Shown here one piece after another: positions 1 to 12,934 of a stretch of 64,000 nt of DNA. The notes beneath the pieces are model-generated. The model saw only the letters and a list, made by a program, of their open reading frames with translations. It made no database searches and had not been told where the DNA came from. Origin of the DNA: Pocillopora damicornis. Its lineage: Eukaryota. A program made the position numbers and the translations under genes. Position 1 is the stretch's first letter; each line of letters starts with the position of its first letter. The stretch is taken from contig NW_020843717.1 in the NCBI RefSeq assembly GCF_003704095.1, positions 124,001 through 188,000 of the forward strand, given 5' to 3'.

Positions 1-276
1 CCTTGATTTTCATTCAGAGGAAAAAGTTAGGTTAAGGTGACCAGTCATGTTACCTTTGGTTTGGGGATATTGAGCTGTCATCTGAATAGGTTCATGATGC
101 ACACTCTGTTAATTGGTGATATGAAAATTGGTACAAGTGAATCAAAGCATTCAGCTTTTACCTTACTTTTACATTCAGCAGTTACATTACTAACACTAAT
201 GATTGCTATGCTTGCAGTAAAATGTCCATTAAACTATAATTGTTAAAAGCTAAATTGAAATTTTACTCTCTGGTAG

Positions 277-3200
277 GTTCAATGCCCCCCCATTCCCATT
301 CAGTCTTTGATGAGGGAGCTGTATTTATGTCATTTAAATTGGTGGAGAAAGGAATCTTTCAAGAAGAAGGTAATCATCTCATCTATGAGTGTCTTGAAGC
401 AGCAATCCCATTGTTTTCTTGGAATTCCCTGTCCACAATTTATTTGATCATGACATGTAGTTTTTGTGATTGACTAGCTCTAAAGGTAAAGCTGTTGGAG
501 CCTGCTAACTACGCAGGTTGTAGTGGAAGTCGTAATTTGCAGGACAACATTTCAGACTTAAAGGCACAGGTGGCTGCAAATCACAAGGTAAGGGGAATTT
601 GCCTCTCTTTTGATCCACTGAGCACCTAGGTTTCCCTATCATGATACAACTTATTACTTCTTTGTCTGTACCCCTTTACTTCCCATGAGTGACAAAACTA
701 AGACAGAATTTCTTCCTGCAACATCAAGCAGACAAGTGATGAGAAGAGAGAAAAATGTAAATTAGGGGATTGCTAGAAGATCCAATAACAAATTCTTCAA
801 ACTAGCATTACAGGAATTGTTTGGCAGACAGTGAGGAGAATTACTTTTAAGATCTGGGAGTGAAATGGATAAACAGAGTGTGCAACAGTCTCATTTGGTG
901 TCTCATGGGTTTCACGTCTGTGGTAGTAGGACCATTGAATGAAAATTTCACATCTTTTTACTGTAGGGAATCAACCTCATAAATGCACTTATAGATGAGT
1001 ATAGTCTTCCTGTTGTGCAAGCCTACATGGGTTACATTCAGGTATGGTAACATTTTATTGTTACTCTGAAAAGTGATTACATTTAGTTATGGCATCACTA
1101 TAAAACCTCAAGTATACTCCAGTTTTGACTGCTTTGATCTCAGTTTTAAGAACTTCACTGGAAACATGCTTCAATAAAATAAGTATAAATGAAATATATC
1201 AATTCTTTTGTTCATGAAGTTCAGTTGAACTTTTTTTTGTGGAAGTTCATCATAATTATACTCAAAGTTTGTCAAGAGTATGTTGAATTTCTGTAAGAGT
1301 ACTAACAAATTTTATCAATCTTTCTTTTTAGCAAAATGCTGAGTTGGCTGTTAGAGAAATGCTCACAGAAATTGGTCTGAAAACAAAAGTAAGGATGAAA
1401 TGAGTGCTATGTTATTCTTAATTAATAATTAAAAATAATGTTATTCTTAAAATTTAACTGTGTTCTAAGCAAATGCTATGTTTTGTCAAATTTGTATATG
1501 TCAATAAAAGTAGTCTAACAGTAACTGCTTCCTGTAATAGGAAAGAACAGGAAAGTCAGTACTGCATGCATTGGAACATATGGATGATGGGACTCCAATT
1601 AATCTTACAATTTCTATTGATGAAAACAAGGTACCTACAGTTCATTTTGAATGGCTTTTTTTTTTTTTTTTTACTTTTTTGTTGCTTCTTGTTTTATTTT
1701 TGCTAAGGATAGGATTGGTGCAGAACAAAAGACTCTCTGCATCGATTCTATCTTCTCTTACCTGCTGGATTATAGCAAAAATTATTTAATAAACTCATTT
1801 AAAGGCGATTGTACCTAAAAGAAGACATCAATAATTTTTGTATCTGGTTACAGGGGTCAGCAGTATTTAATTTTGCTGGAACAGGCCAGGAGTCATATGG
1901 AAACTGTAATGCTCCACGGGCCATTTCTCTTTCTGCTATTATCTATTGTTTACGAAGCATGGTTAAGCATGATATTCCTCTTAATCAGGTACAAGAACAA
2001 ACAATTGTAAAGCCTAATGAAAGTATTTTTACATAATTATTAAACAATCAAGAAGTGTGATGAAATATTCATAAAAGCAAACCTAATTCAAGCAAAACTG
2101 GTCTCTTTGAATGTGTTGGTTGTTGTTGTATACAAGGAGCACCCGGACTGGTAGCATTTAATTGGAGCCGGTGCATAATGAAATTTTGATGGTAACTTTG
2201 AACTTGCGGTCAAACCTGGGCAAAAACATTTTATTTGCAATGGGTTCATGTTAACTTTCTTGGTGGAAGCATGATCATCTCCTGATTTATCCATTATGCA
2301 TAAAATCAAGCAGTTTGAGCATGGGTGTTGGGCTGGGTAATGGTATAGTGTTCTGGTACTGAGCGAGACCCTTATCCCTCTTTTCCACAAGTTCATCCCT
2401 GTCAACTCTTCTGGCTTGTCTTGGGTTCTCCAGGACTTGGAAAAAATCTTCTGGTCTCTTATACAGTTGCCTAAATATCCTGGATAATATTAAGTGGGGT
2501 GCAATAAGAAACTTTTGGTTTGTGGGGAAAGACTCAGATAAAGCAGTCAATCAACAAATTTTGGCTAGGGAGGGGATCAAACAAAAAGAATCCTCCAAAT
2601 TGCAGATGTTTAAGTTACTCAACAAACTTCTGTGCTGTTTCTTGCAGGGTTGTCTGGTGCCAGTAAAAGTACATATTCCTCCTGGTTGTCTTTTAGATCC
2701 TTCACCCTCTGCAGCAGTGGTTGGAGGAAGTGTCCTGACCTCACAGAGGGTTGTGGATGTCGTTCTCAAGGCTTTTGGTGTATGTGCAGCGTCACAGGTA
2801 TTAAAAAGTTAACATTCTTATATAAGTTACTTGAGCCTTGGAGAACTATCCTGTGTTATCAGTAAAATCCCTTGGGTTGCCTGCAAACTGGCCTGAAATG
2901 TTGGTTATCTTACTTCAGTTATCAGCAAACTTACCAGGGTCAATAACAGACTTGTTTGAGAGGTTAGTTAATTGCCACAGTGGTTGGCAAACGGTTTTTA
3001 AGATTTAGTTGAAATTGCCAGAGTTATCTGCAAGCTTGCCTAAGTTGATTTGTCTGCAAACTTGCCTCAAACTAGGTAGGGTTGTCTGTAAACTTGTCTT
3101 AGTTGTTGGCAAAATGGCATAAGTCGCAGGCAAGCTGTTGCAAGTTGTAAGTGATCTCACAAACTTATTTCCTTTTTCAGGGCTGTATGAATAACACAAC

Positions 3201-4364
3201 TTTTGGTGACGAAGGTTTTGGCTATTATGAGACTGTGGCTGGTGGTGCAGGCGCTGTACGTTTTCAACTAAAAATGCTCTCTAGGCATGTTTATCTTTGA
3301 CATTGCCATCTTCATGCATCATTACTGCCATGGCAATTGTCATTGTCATTACTTTAAAGCATACAAGGGAAGTAAACTACAAAATAGTTCTGATTATACA
3401 CACACACACACACACACATACAGCAATAGCATTTGCATTGTGACATACCTTTTGAATATATGATAGAAATGAGTTGGAGTTTCTGTTAAGGGTCCTACAT
3501 GGATTGGACGAAGTGGTGTCCACACCCACATGACAAATACACGGATAACAGACCCTGAGATCATAGAGCGAAGGTATGTAAAGAGAAAGTAGTACTGCCT
3601 GGAGTATCCTCAAAGGGCACAACAGCAACAATTATGAAAGTATTTAAATGTTATTGTGATCCAAAGAGAAGCTACTTAGTAGCTAATTGTGTTTCTTCTT
3701 GGTTAACTATGAACATTTCAGTTTGCCCCGGTCTGCCATTAGTCAACTTATTTTTAGTTTTGCCATCAACTCTGAAACTTATTAAAACTAACAAGTATAC
3801 TCTGGTGTTCAGTCATTTAAATTTTTGATATGTTGAAATCACTCTTAACCTTTTGAAGATCAAGGCTCTAGTTTGGGCAGCCATTATTATCCTCGAAAAA
3901 GAAAAAAAAAGGCTGGAGCAACGAACTGAAGCAAGTTCATATGATCACAAAACAGTAACAGCCAATTCATTGGGAGACAAATAAATTAAAATCCTATGAT
4001 TATAAGCTAGAACTGCTACACTATATAGATAGTGCCACAAAATATTGGACTGACAAGCAGGCTGAGCTGCAAACATTTTGGGGAAAGGCAGATCACAATT
4101 GCTGCAGTGTATTCATTTGCATTTGCATTTGTATCCTACCCAGAAACTAGTCCCATACTACATGTGTCCAATATGTTACATTCCTTGTCATTCCCTATAG
4201 GTATCCTGTCATTCTTCTTCACTTTCATCTCAACCCTGGTACTGGAGGTGATGGTTTTTACAAGGGAGGGGATGGTGTCATTCGAGAGTTGATGTTCAGA
4301 AGAAAACAAGTCTTGTCAGTTTTGTGTGAGAGGAGATCAGCATTTCAACCCTATGGACTACAAG
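277..4364 (+). CDS. OPLAH: 5-oxoprolinase (ATP-hydrolysing), copy A; partial, hydantoinase B-domain exons only (5' part lies outside the window, last exons lost in gap 4372-4471)
   Basis: GT-AG exons 277-369, 478-587, 967-1041, 1332-1388, 1541-1630, 1854-1988, 2648-2797, 3181-3255, 3491-3573, 4201-4364 splice in frame. They give [102 protein letters not shown], all typical of eukaryotic OPLAH. Confidence 0.95.
671..872. mobile_element. Degenerate MITE family 1 copy
   Basis: CCCTTTACTTCCCATGAGTGAC..AGACAGAATTTC..CAGACAAGTGATGAGAA..GATCTGGGAGTGAAA. Confidence 0.7.
3398..3418. repeat. (CA)n microsatellite
   Basis: Run of ACACAC... directly visible. Confidence 0.85.
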
Positions 4365-5452
4365 GTATAGANNNNNNNNNNNNNNNNNNNNNNNNNNNNN
4401 NNNNNNNNNNNNNNNNNNNNNNNNNNNNNNNNNNNNNNNNNNNNNNNNNNNNNNNNNNNNNNNNNNNNNNNAACTACCAAGATCTAATAACCATTTGGTA
4501 AATTAACTGTGTTTTATCAAGGTGAGTTTGATTATCCTCCTCATCTCTTTCCTGGATAACAATGATGTTATGTTAATCCCCTCTAGAAGTTATAGCATCA
4601 AAAAAATGTTGCTGGAGTCAAACTTTTTCAGGTAAGTAGCAGCTTATTTTGACCCCTGCCTATTTATAGCTACTTTTACTACTATGTTTGTCACTTTAAA
4701 ACAGATCTGTCATGCAAATTACTTTACTTAAAAGAAGGAAAAAAAAATTGTGGACAGCCCTTCAGAATCATTAAAAAAAAAATCCTTCTTTAAAATTTAA
4801 AAAATACTTTTAGACTATACAAAATATGGTTTAGTTCTAATAATAAAATGTAAAAAAAGACTTAAGTTGCAGGTACACACTTGCCAACTATTGGTGTAAC
4901 TTAACATTTGTTACTTTTGAAGGTTTCTATCAACATACACACAAATTAAAAAGGGTAAGAATATTAATTGAGGGTAAAAACACACAGCAGGAGACTTGAT
5001 CATTAAACATCTGGGAGGTTCCACTAACTGACATCAAAATGCAAAATGGATAGAACTCTATACTCCAAGAATCCTGAGTTAAAAGTACTCTTTGTAGAGA
5101 TTGCATTGCTAATATCATTTTGGTGAACATCCTTCTCTATCCCAAGATTTTTCTGTGACCAATGTCTCATTTAAATAAATTAGCTGATGGTTAACACTTC
5201 CATTCCCGGGAGCAAAATATTAATTGTTCACACTGTTTGCAGTACACTTCTTATAATTTTAGATCCGAGTCTTTCTGTGTTAAATAGAGCAATGTTGCCT
5301 GATTGGTGTTGAATTCAATTTTGATGGCTCCTTGGGGTTAACACCATGAGGAGAGTGCCATAATATTGGGCTCAAATTGTGAAAACCCCCTAATAAAGTA
5401 TTCTAAAGATGAAACAGAGCATGAATAAAGTTTAACATGGACCTAATTTGTT

Positions 5453-8400
5453 TCATTCTATCATTATGACAGAGTCTAAGGCAGGTTTTTTTGTGCTGCT
5501 TGGTGGGGTAAGTGGTTTAAATGATTCGATGTTTGGAGATCTTGACCTGTTTTCTGCTGTTTCTTTACCAAGAGTGCTTTGAAGAGCTAAAGCTTTATCC
5601 TGAAAAGGAATTATGACATTTTACAATTAAATACAATAACAGTACTAATTTCCTAAGGTACCTCCTTGATTATTAACCCTTTAACTCCCATGAGTGACCA
5701 AGACAGAATTTCTCCTTACAATACCAATACAGCATCAACCAGACAAGTGATGAGAATAAAGAAAAACATCAATTTGGGGATAATTAGTTGATTCAATACT
5801 AAATTGAATCAACTAATTAATCAATACTCTGAACTAACATGAAAACTGTACGATTAACAGTAAGAAGAATGACAAATTTAATCTGGGAGTTAAAGGGTTA
5901 AAGACGAAAACTTCTTGAATTCACATTTTGATTATATTTGCTTTTAACACTAGAAACCTTTGGCCAGGCCCCTTCTAAGCAAAAATTTACAAATAGTTTA
6001 TTTTTAATATTTAAAGGAGGAAGCCACTGAGAGGTGTACAAAAGTGAGCAACAGTGGTTTGATGAAATGGAAACTTGATTTTAGATCATGATCAAGTTTG
6101 ACTTCTGTACATGGGTAGGTCTATTAATACCACTGCTGGTCACGATATGGAGAATACGATGACCTGAAGTACTATTATAGACCACTAAGATCCTAATATT
6201 TCCCTTGAACTCTATACACTTCAACATCTATATGCATATTCTCCACACTGCTCTCTGTACATTTTCCAAGGAGCCAGCAAGGAGAATTTGGTTAACAATC
6301 AAGGGGTTCTTTAGTTGGTGATCATTTCCTGTATTCTCATGACCTTCAACTTTGATTCAGGGGCAATGGGTAGGGAGAAATTAGATGCTAGTCACTCTTA
6401 GGGGTGAAAGGATTAAGCCAGTAGTAGAGGTATGAACAAGTGCCATCATCATGTAAAGATCTTTTTAAGTTTTCACTTACAAGTGATGCTATGTCTACTG
6501 CATGAGTTTGGATGTTGTGAGCATCTTCACGTTGAACTTGTTCAAAACTTCTGATGGTCGCTGCTCCTTTTTCCATTATGATGTGGGCAAAAGATGTCAT
6601 CCACTGAATACATGGGTGAAGTTCCTCCCGTGAATGTCCTGGAATTCAATGTAAGATAACTTAAATAACTAGTAGAGCACAATAATTATTGACCTTTCTC
6701 ATGAGCTTTGGCAATGGTCACAAAGTCATATTGTTGCTTGCAAGGAGTTTGAGTCGCTAAAAGTTCATCAGGGTTTTCTTTTAAAAATGTAGCAGCGGGA
6801 AAATGGATCAAAGTCACCATAGAATTCTGTGAAAAATTTTAACCCTTTAACTCCCAAGATCTCATTAGTAATTCTCCTTACTATCTCCTATACAGTTCTT
6901 GTGATGTTAGTTTAGAGGATTTAGTATTGGATCATCTTATAATCCCCTAACTGATATTTTTCTTTATTCTCATAACTTGTCTGCTTGATATTGTTTTGAT
7001 ATTGTAAGGAGAAATTCTTTCTTGGTCACTTATGGGAGTTAGAGGGTTAAACAAGCTAAGGTGCTGGAGAATTCCCTGATCTCCAATGGCTGATCAACAC
7101 CCTGTCCATACAAGACTGCCTCTTGAAGAACTGAGCAAAGTTGTAGTTACTGTATATCACAAATATGTTGCAATGCAATTTTGCCAATACCTCTCTATGT
7201 GCAGGAATCATTGTCTTGCAACAGTTACATCATCCATTACCTGAACACAGGATGTTATTGCAAGGCTGATCTTTGTTCCTTACCTGTAACTTGTTCAACA
7301 TTAACTGGAAGCATGTGGTAAAGAGCTGACGCAGCTAGAATACTGTAGGAGAACTGCAGTGAACCCACATCCAGGATGCACAGATCTAAAAGCTAGAAAA
7401 AGAAATAAAATTAAGGCAGCAATCAACACTATTCTCAGATAGTACCACTGGATGTATTTTGAAACCTAAAGCTGAAATATTAGTAAATGGAATATTCTTA
7501 GCAGCAGAAGAATAAATCCCCTGTTAAGTGGTTGTAACATTATGTTATGAGCATACATTTTACTCAATGCAGGTATTTTTCCCTCCCCAACAGGGCTCAC
7601 AAAAACATCACACAACTTGCATAATATGAATTGATGTCAGTATCAAAATATCAGGTTAATTTTGGGTTAGGGATTGGGTGGGTGTGCAGCTGCACTAATA
7701 AGACATAAATGCATCTATGCATACGTGCATAGGTACTTAAAACAAAGAAAAAGTTAAAGACTAAGAGGCAACCGATCACACATTGAATAGACAATAAATA
7801 TGCAAGGGAAGACCTACTTGTGCAACTTCAACAAATCTTGGTTGTGAGTAGTTAGGGATGCTGAAGTTTGATGTTTTACCGTTTTTACTTGTTACACAAG
7901 ACAACTGTAAATAGATATTTAACCATGAATTGACAGTGATTGGTGTTAAATTCCAACACAACCCCTGTAGACAAGAAAGCAATAAATAGATGAGTGAAAA
8001 GTGTGTTTACTAAGTACATGCAAGTGGAACATTCCATGGTATACCACAAGAGAGTCTTGGAATCAATGTCAGTATCTGACCAACTGCACACCTATCCCTT
8101 CCCTGATCCAACAACAGTCAAATTGTAACAGGTTAGGGTTAGCATTGGGTTAGGGGAAGGTAGATGTGCGGCTGCTCAGATACTGAAATTGATCCAAGTG
8201 TTGCATGACTGTTTTACACATGAAATGCAATAGAAAATAAAGCAACTAATACTTAATATCAGAATGCAGTTCAAACATTCAAAGTTCAAAAACAAAATGG
8301 TTTGAAAGCAGAAATGAGACTTCTCCCTAAATGCATGCTGGGAAGGTTTGGGTTGATACCATTGAGTGTAAAAAGCTTTCTTCCACTCTGATTGACTTTC

Positions 8401-11400
8401 ACTTTACCATACCACATTGATAAAGGTTACTTAACTTAACTGATTAGCTGTTATATCTCTTGTGAAATGGTATAAATAATACTGAAACCACAGAAGCATC
8501 CCTAACATGAATTTTGTGGGATTAAAATCATTTAGTTACCTTTAACATGAGCAGTTCTTCATGTAGGATCTCATTTTCTGTACAGGCACCATCAGTGACA
8601 TATGCAAATTCACTTATTTTGGGAGGGTAAATTTCCTGTAAATATTGAAAACAGTGTAAAGAAACACATTACACACTTAACTCGCACCTCTTTCTTGGAA
8701 AGAAAAATAATAATAATAACAATTGTTTGAAACCAATTCTTACCTCCATTTTAGCAGCAATAAACAATGCCGTTGTTCCAACAAGTTGTAGTCTTTGCTT
8801 GGCAATGTCATGTTTAACTGACAGGTATCTATCAACAAAGTCTACTGCCAAATAATATGTTTCCCTGTGCAGTCTATAAACTTCACAAACCTAGACACAA
8901 AGAAAGATAAAGAATGTTAGAATGTTGTTCAGCACATTTGTGAAATACTTTGCTCTCTCTTTAAGGAGCATGTTTGTGCGATGAGTAAAGAGGAGTAATC
9001 AGGGGTTGTTTGGAGTGCGCTCATTTGTTTTGTTTACAGTAAGTGGCTGTTTGAGCCTTTCCCTCCAACACACAACATGGCCAAATTCTTACACCTCCAG
9101 CCATGGATTAATTCAAACTTCTTAGTTGTGTGATTTTACCAGATATATATATTTTTTTACTTAAAGCAGACTCCCCCCCCTCCTCTACTCCTTTATACAT
9201 GTCAGCTTTGCCTTAAACTTTCATTCAAAAACTAAGTTTTGTAGGGGGGGTCCTCTAATGTATGCTTGGATGCCTTCAAGGCTCTCACTTAACACTTATG
9301 TACAATCATTATAGTTATCAAAAGGAAAATAAAAAGAAAGTGTTAAAAGTATTTACCTCTGTTAGCCAATCCAGTAGAATTGCCCGCATCCTTGGCTGAA
9401 TAAATGAATGTTTTCTAAAATATAGAGGGTCTCTTGAATACTTCCTCTCTTTCTCAAGCATTTTTGCCCACACTTCTTTGGGATCTGCCCAGTCAAGCTC
9501 AGGAAGAGGCATCACACTTTTGACAACCGGTATAAAGTAATTGCTGAAAGTAAAACTACTAGATTTCCCAAACTCGGGGAGAGCGTTGCTCGCTGTGTGT
9601 TCCTTTAATGCCTTTGATTGTCGTTGACTTCTTGTTTCAATCCTTGAGAATCCACTGATGCTTCCCTCAGTGCTGCAAAATGGTTGCACAGACATCTGGG
9701 TTGTCTAAAATGAAGAAATGATGGTAACAAGTTTACCAGTCATTTTTAGGTGAATAAATGAATGCATGTTATCTGTAATATCTTAAATATAGGGAGCTAA
9801 TAATTGGCTGTAGATCATACTATAATTGATGACATCTTCAGACAAAATAGTATTTGAAACCTGCAAAATATTTTTTCTTAAAATAAAAGTAGAAATATAT
9901 TTCCAAAGTTTAAATGTAGGTGTAAACCCTTAAAAATACTTTAGGGTGGCAGAAGGGGTATAAAATGTTAACTAGGTGTATTTTGGAACATTGAAATAAG
10001 GAGTAAAAAACATACATCTCTTTTAAAAGTGTAGAAACACCAAAACAACTAGTATTGCTCAAAAAAGTGCTGATTTAATCACTAATTCCTTCTTTATATT
10101 AACAATATTGCAATACCAAAATGATAGGCTGGGATACCCAAGAAACAAAACAAAAACTCTCTGACAATGGCATGCAGTTATGAACTATTTATGGCTCATT
10201 GAGCATGATGACTTGAAAATGAATTTGGGTCATCATCAAACAGAGACAAAGTTTCCAACATGTAGATTCCTATCTGAGATGAGAGAGATACAGATTGAAA
10301 AAGGGAAGAATATCCTGGCCAATAACTTCTCTTTATACTCTAGTTCAAATATGTGCCCCTTAAGAGAAACTTGTGTGACTTTTAATTCTTTTCTAGATTA
10401 CCCACAAACTGTCACATATTTTTTGCATGAAACACTGTTAGGTTTATACAGCTGCGAGGCAAAGTTTAAGCTGGATTTCTGTTACCCATATCATATTTAA
10501 GCAAATTATCTGGAAGAATGTTTAGTTTATTTATTATATAATAAGTATGCCAAATAAAACTGAATTATTTTCCCTTAAAGCCAAAGTAAACATTTTTTTT
10601 TCAACTTGGGTAAGTTGCTTTCTATAAAATGGTCGTTTTTCTGTGCATGTCAGGTGAGTAACGTAATTATAAAGAATCTAGGGGAACAGATGGTGGAAAT
10701 CTGTTCCCAGACACTAAGAAAGAGCCACTTAAATAAAGATATTAAACACCAGCCTATGTAGATTTCGTTAAAATCCATCCTGGATTTCTTAACATTTAAT
10801 CTTCAATATCAACTGGTTTCCTCTGTATGTTGAATATTTTATTATTTGACCTTTAATTTCAAGCGTAAGCCATTCCAAGGTAACTTGTGCTGAAGCCAAT
10901 TATTTATGTTCAGTTGGGCAATTAAACAAACATGGTCAAGAAAACTAAGTGACAGTGGTATTTACTTTTTAATCTGACATATTACACAGTAAAAATTAAT
11001 CAAGGTTGAAAAATGGTATTTGTCTGTTGATTAAATTTTGGTGATCTCTTTATCTGACAATTCTGTAAAGATTAAAAATTTTATTTGTGGAAGTCAACTA
11101 TGAAACACAATCTTGACTAATTGGTTTTTGCTTTCAGTTTTTTTTTTTTAACATCTACATACAAAGGAATCCAAAATTTCATTGTATAGATAGCTTTGGG
11201 TATTTTTTTTCAACAAAATACAAAGGCTTTAAAGAAACTAAATTGAAAGTCGTAATAGAAGAGAAAAGAACCCAGGGATAAGTATTTCAGTTAAGATTTA
11301 CCGCTGGATTTTTTGTAATATTTACATATTCACCCTGTGCTCAAAGCTTAAAATAATAGAAAATAACAAGGTCAACCTGAGGTTATCCACTGAAGCAGAA

Positions 11401-12934
11401 ATTGTGCAAAGTGGCAGAACACTCTATAACGAAAAAATGCTTTGCTCATTTGCAACATGCTGAAGTCTTGTGGATATCTAGCATGTCATGTATTCTTTAA
11501 ATGGGAAACTGTTATATAACTGAAATGAATATCATAAAATTTATGGAATAACTGAATTTCATATTGCAAAACCAGATTAAGAACAAATAATATAAACACT
11601 GGTGGTCCTCTAGAACAAACAGAAAGCTGTTATTATTTTTGCAGTAACCGTGATACCTAAAGTAAACAACCCATCATGAAAAAATGAAATGGACTGATGA
11701 ATTTTTCAAAAATATTACACCAGTTCGTATGTGGCAACCACAAAATTTCAAGAATTTGCCATTGAATGTTGGAATAAAAAAATCATTGCTCTTTTGCTTC
11801 GAGTAGAAATCGACAACACTACGAGAGATATTACAACTTTTCATTTAACATCTAATAAATTTTGTAGTTAAACTCCTTTGCCCACGAGGAGAAATTAATA
11901 TCACTTAAATTATATAATTATTAAAAAGAAACAAATAATCATACCCATGCAATTTTGGTCTTTCAAAGACAAAGGAAATTACCTCCTTAGAAGAACGAAT
12001 CAGTCAAAAAATCTATTGAACACGAAGTTAGATAAAACCAGTTTAATTAAGCGGCGACAAGATTTGGTGAACGATCATGCAAAGATTTCCTGCATATTAC
12101 ACGAATGTCCATCTCTTAAGCTATTTTGTTGTAGAATAAAGTGAAGCATGTTAGGTCAGAGAGACGCTTTCTCAGAACCACCAGTTCAGATAAATTGGTA
12201 ACTGGTTACTCAGCAAGTCGTAATCACAAATATCTGTGATTTTGGCTCAATCCGTCAATACTACCACCAGTTTAAGAGCGAGGGGGTAAACTAACCACGC
12301 CAGTAGTAGTAATTAGAGAAACTCAAATCAAAATTCCGTCTCTCCCGGAATGTAGATCCCTTGAATCATTTTTGTTCCTTTTTCACGAAAGCACCGTGGT
12401 TCCCGATTTATTTGTATCTAGTGGAAATATCTCACTAGCAAATTAGAATGAATGAAATATCTACTCTATCAAGACTTAGCACTTCGTCTTGTTCGGATGA
12501 GCAGTTCTTATTAGCACATTGGGGGAATGTAATTGTCGAAATTTTCCCGATCTTCGCATTCCGCCGAAAGATTAAATAAGCAGGCAAACGACATTTTCGT
12601 ATTTAACCAATACGAAATTTAAGCTCAGAGAAAATGATTTCAAAGCAAACTTCTCGATCATACCGAACAATGACTGTCCAAAATGGCGGGAGGCTTTCGT
12701 CCATGGCGGGAAAGCAAAACATTGTCTTACCTTCTCTTGCAGTGCCGCTCTCGTCCGCTTGCTAGAAGCTCCTCTGGAGCAAGAATCCCTCTACAAGTGA
12801 ACGAAAGCTTCGTCAAATCTGTATTACGCACAAAAGTAGCGAAAACACATTTCATACTTACCTTCCTCTTTCGTATGTTCGCTTCGTCGACAGATTCCAA
12901 ACTCAAATGGCGGAGGTCTTTCGCTGTACAGTCA
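5453..12934 (-). CDS. CCNE: G1/S-specific cyclin E (start-codon exon uncertain; candidates 14685-14722 or about 16221-16240)
   Basis: Exons 12862-12934, 12731-12790, 9357-9704, 8744-8890, 8540-8635, 7818-7964, 7284-7392, 6481-6638, 5453-5599. Cyclin box [66 protein letters not shown], an N-terminal RKRK basic patch and a C-terminal LTPPSS degron. Confidence 0.93.
5673..5901. mobile_element. MITE with TTAA-CCC termini (piggyBac-like), family 1
   Basis: Terminal inverted repeats TTAACCCTTTAACTCCCA ... TGGGAGTTAAAGGGTTAA. Confidence 0.8.
6839..7050. mobile_element. MITE family 1 copy, opposite orientation to 5673-5901
   Basis: TTAACCCTTTAACTCCCAAGATC ... TGGGAGTTAGAGGGTTAA; the interior is the reverse complement of the 5673 copy. 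Confidence 0.8.
8057..8197. mobile_element. Short palindromic (MITE-like) repeat
   Basis: ATCAATGTCAGTATCTGA..CACACCTATCCCTTCCCT / AGGGGAAGGTAGATGTG..TCAGATACTGAAATTGAT inverted arms; fragments at about 7630-7695 and 62575-62645. Confidence 0.65.
12680..12713 (-). promoter_or_regulatory. Paired E2F-like sites in a 5' intron of cyclin E
   Basis: GGCGGGAAA at 12705-12713 (TTTCCCGCC on the gene strand) and GGCGGGAG at 12685-12692, the latter overlapping YY1-like AAAATGGCG; the surrounding sequence is CpG-rich. Confidence 0.5.

Noticed and set aside
4325-4345. One-residue insertion in OPLAH-A (ERRSAFQ vs usual ERRAF)
   Set aside because: In frame and close to a contig end, and the copy B equivalent is in a gap, so significance cannot be judged.
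277-4364. OPLAH copy A as an uncollapsed haplotype of copy B
   Set aside because: Many amino-acid differences and unrelated intron sequences and lengths.
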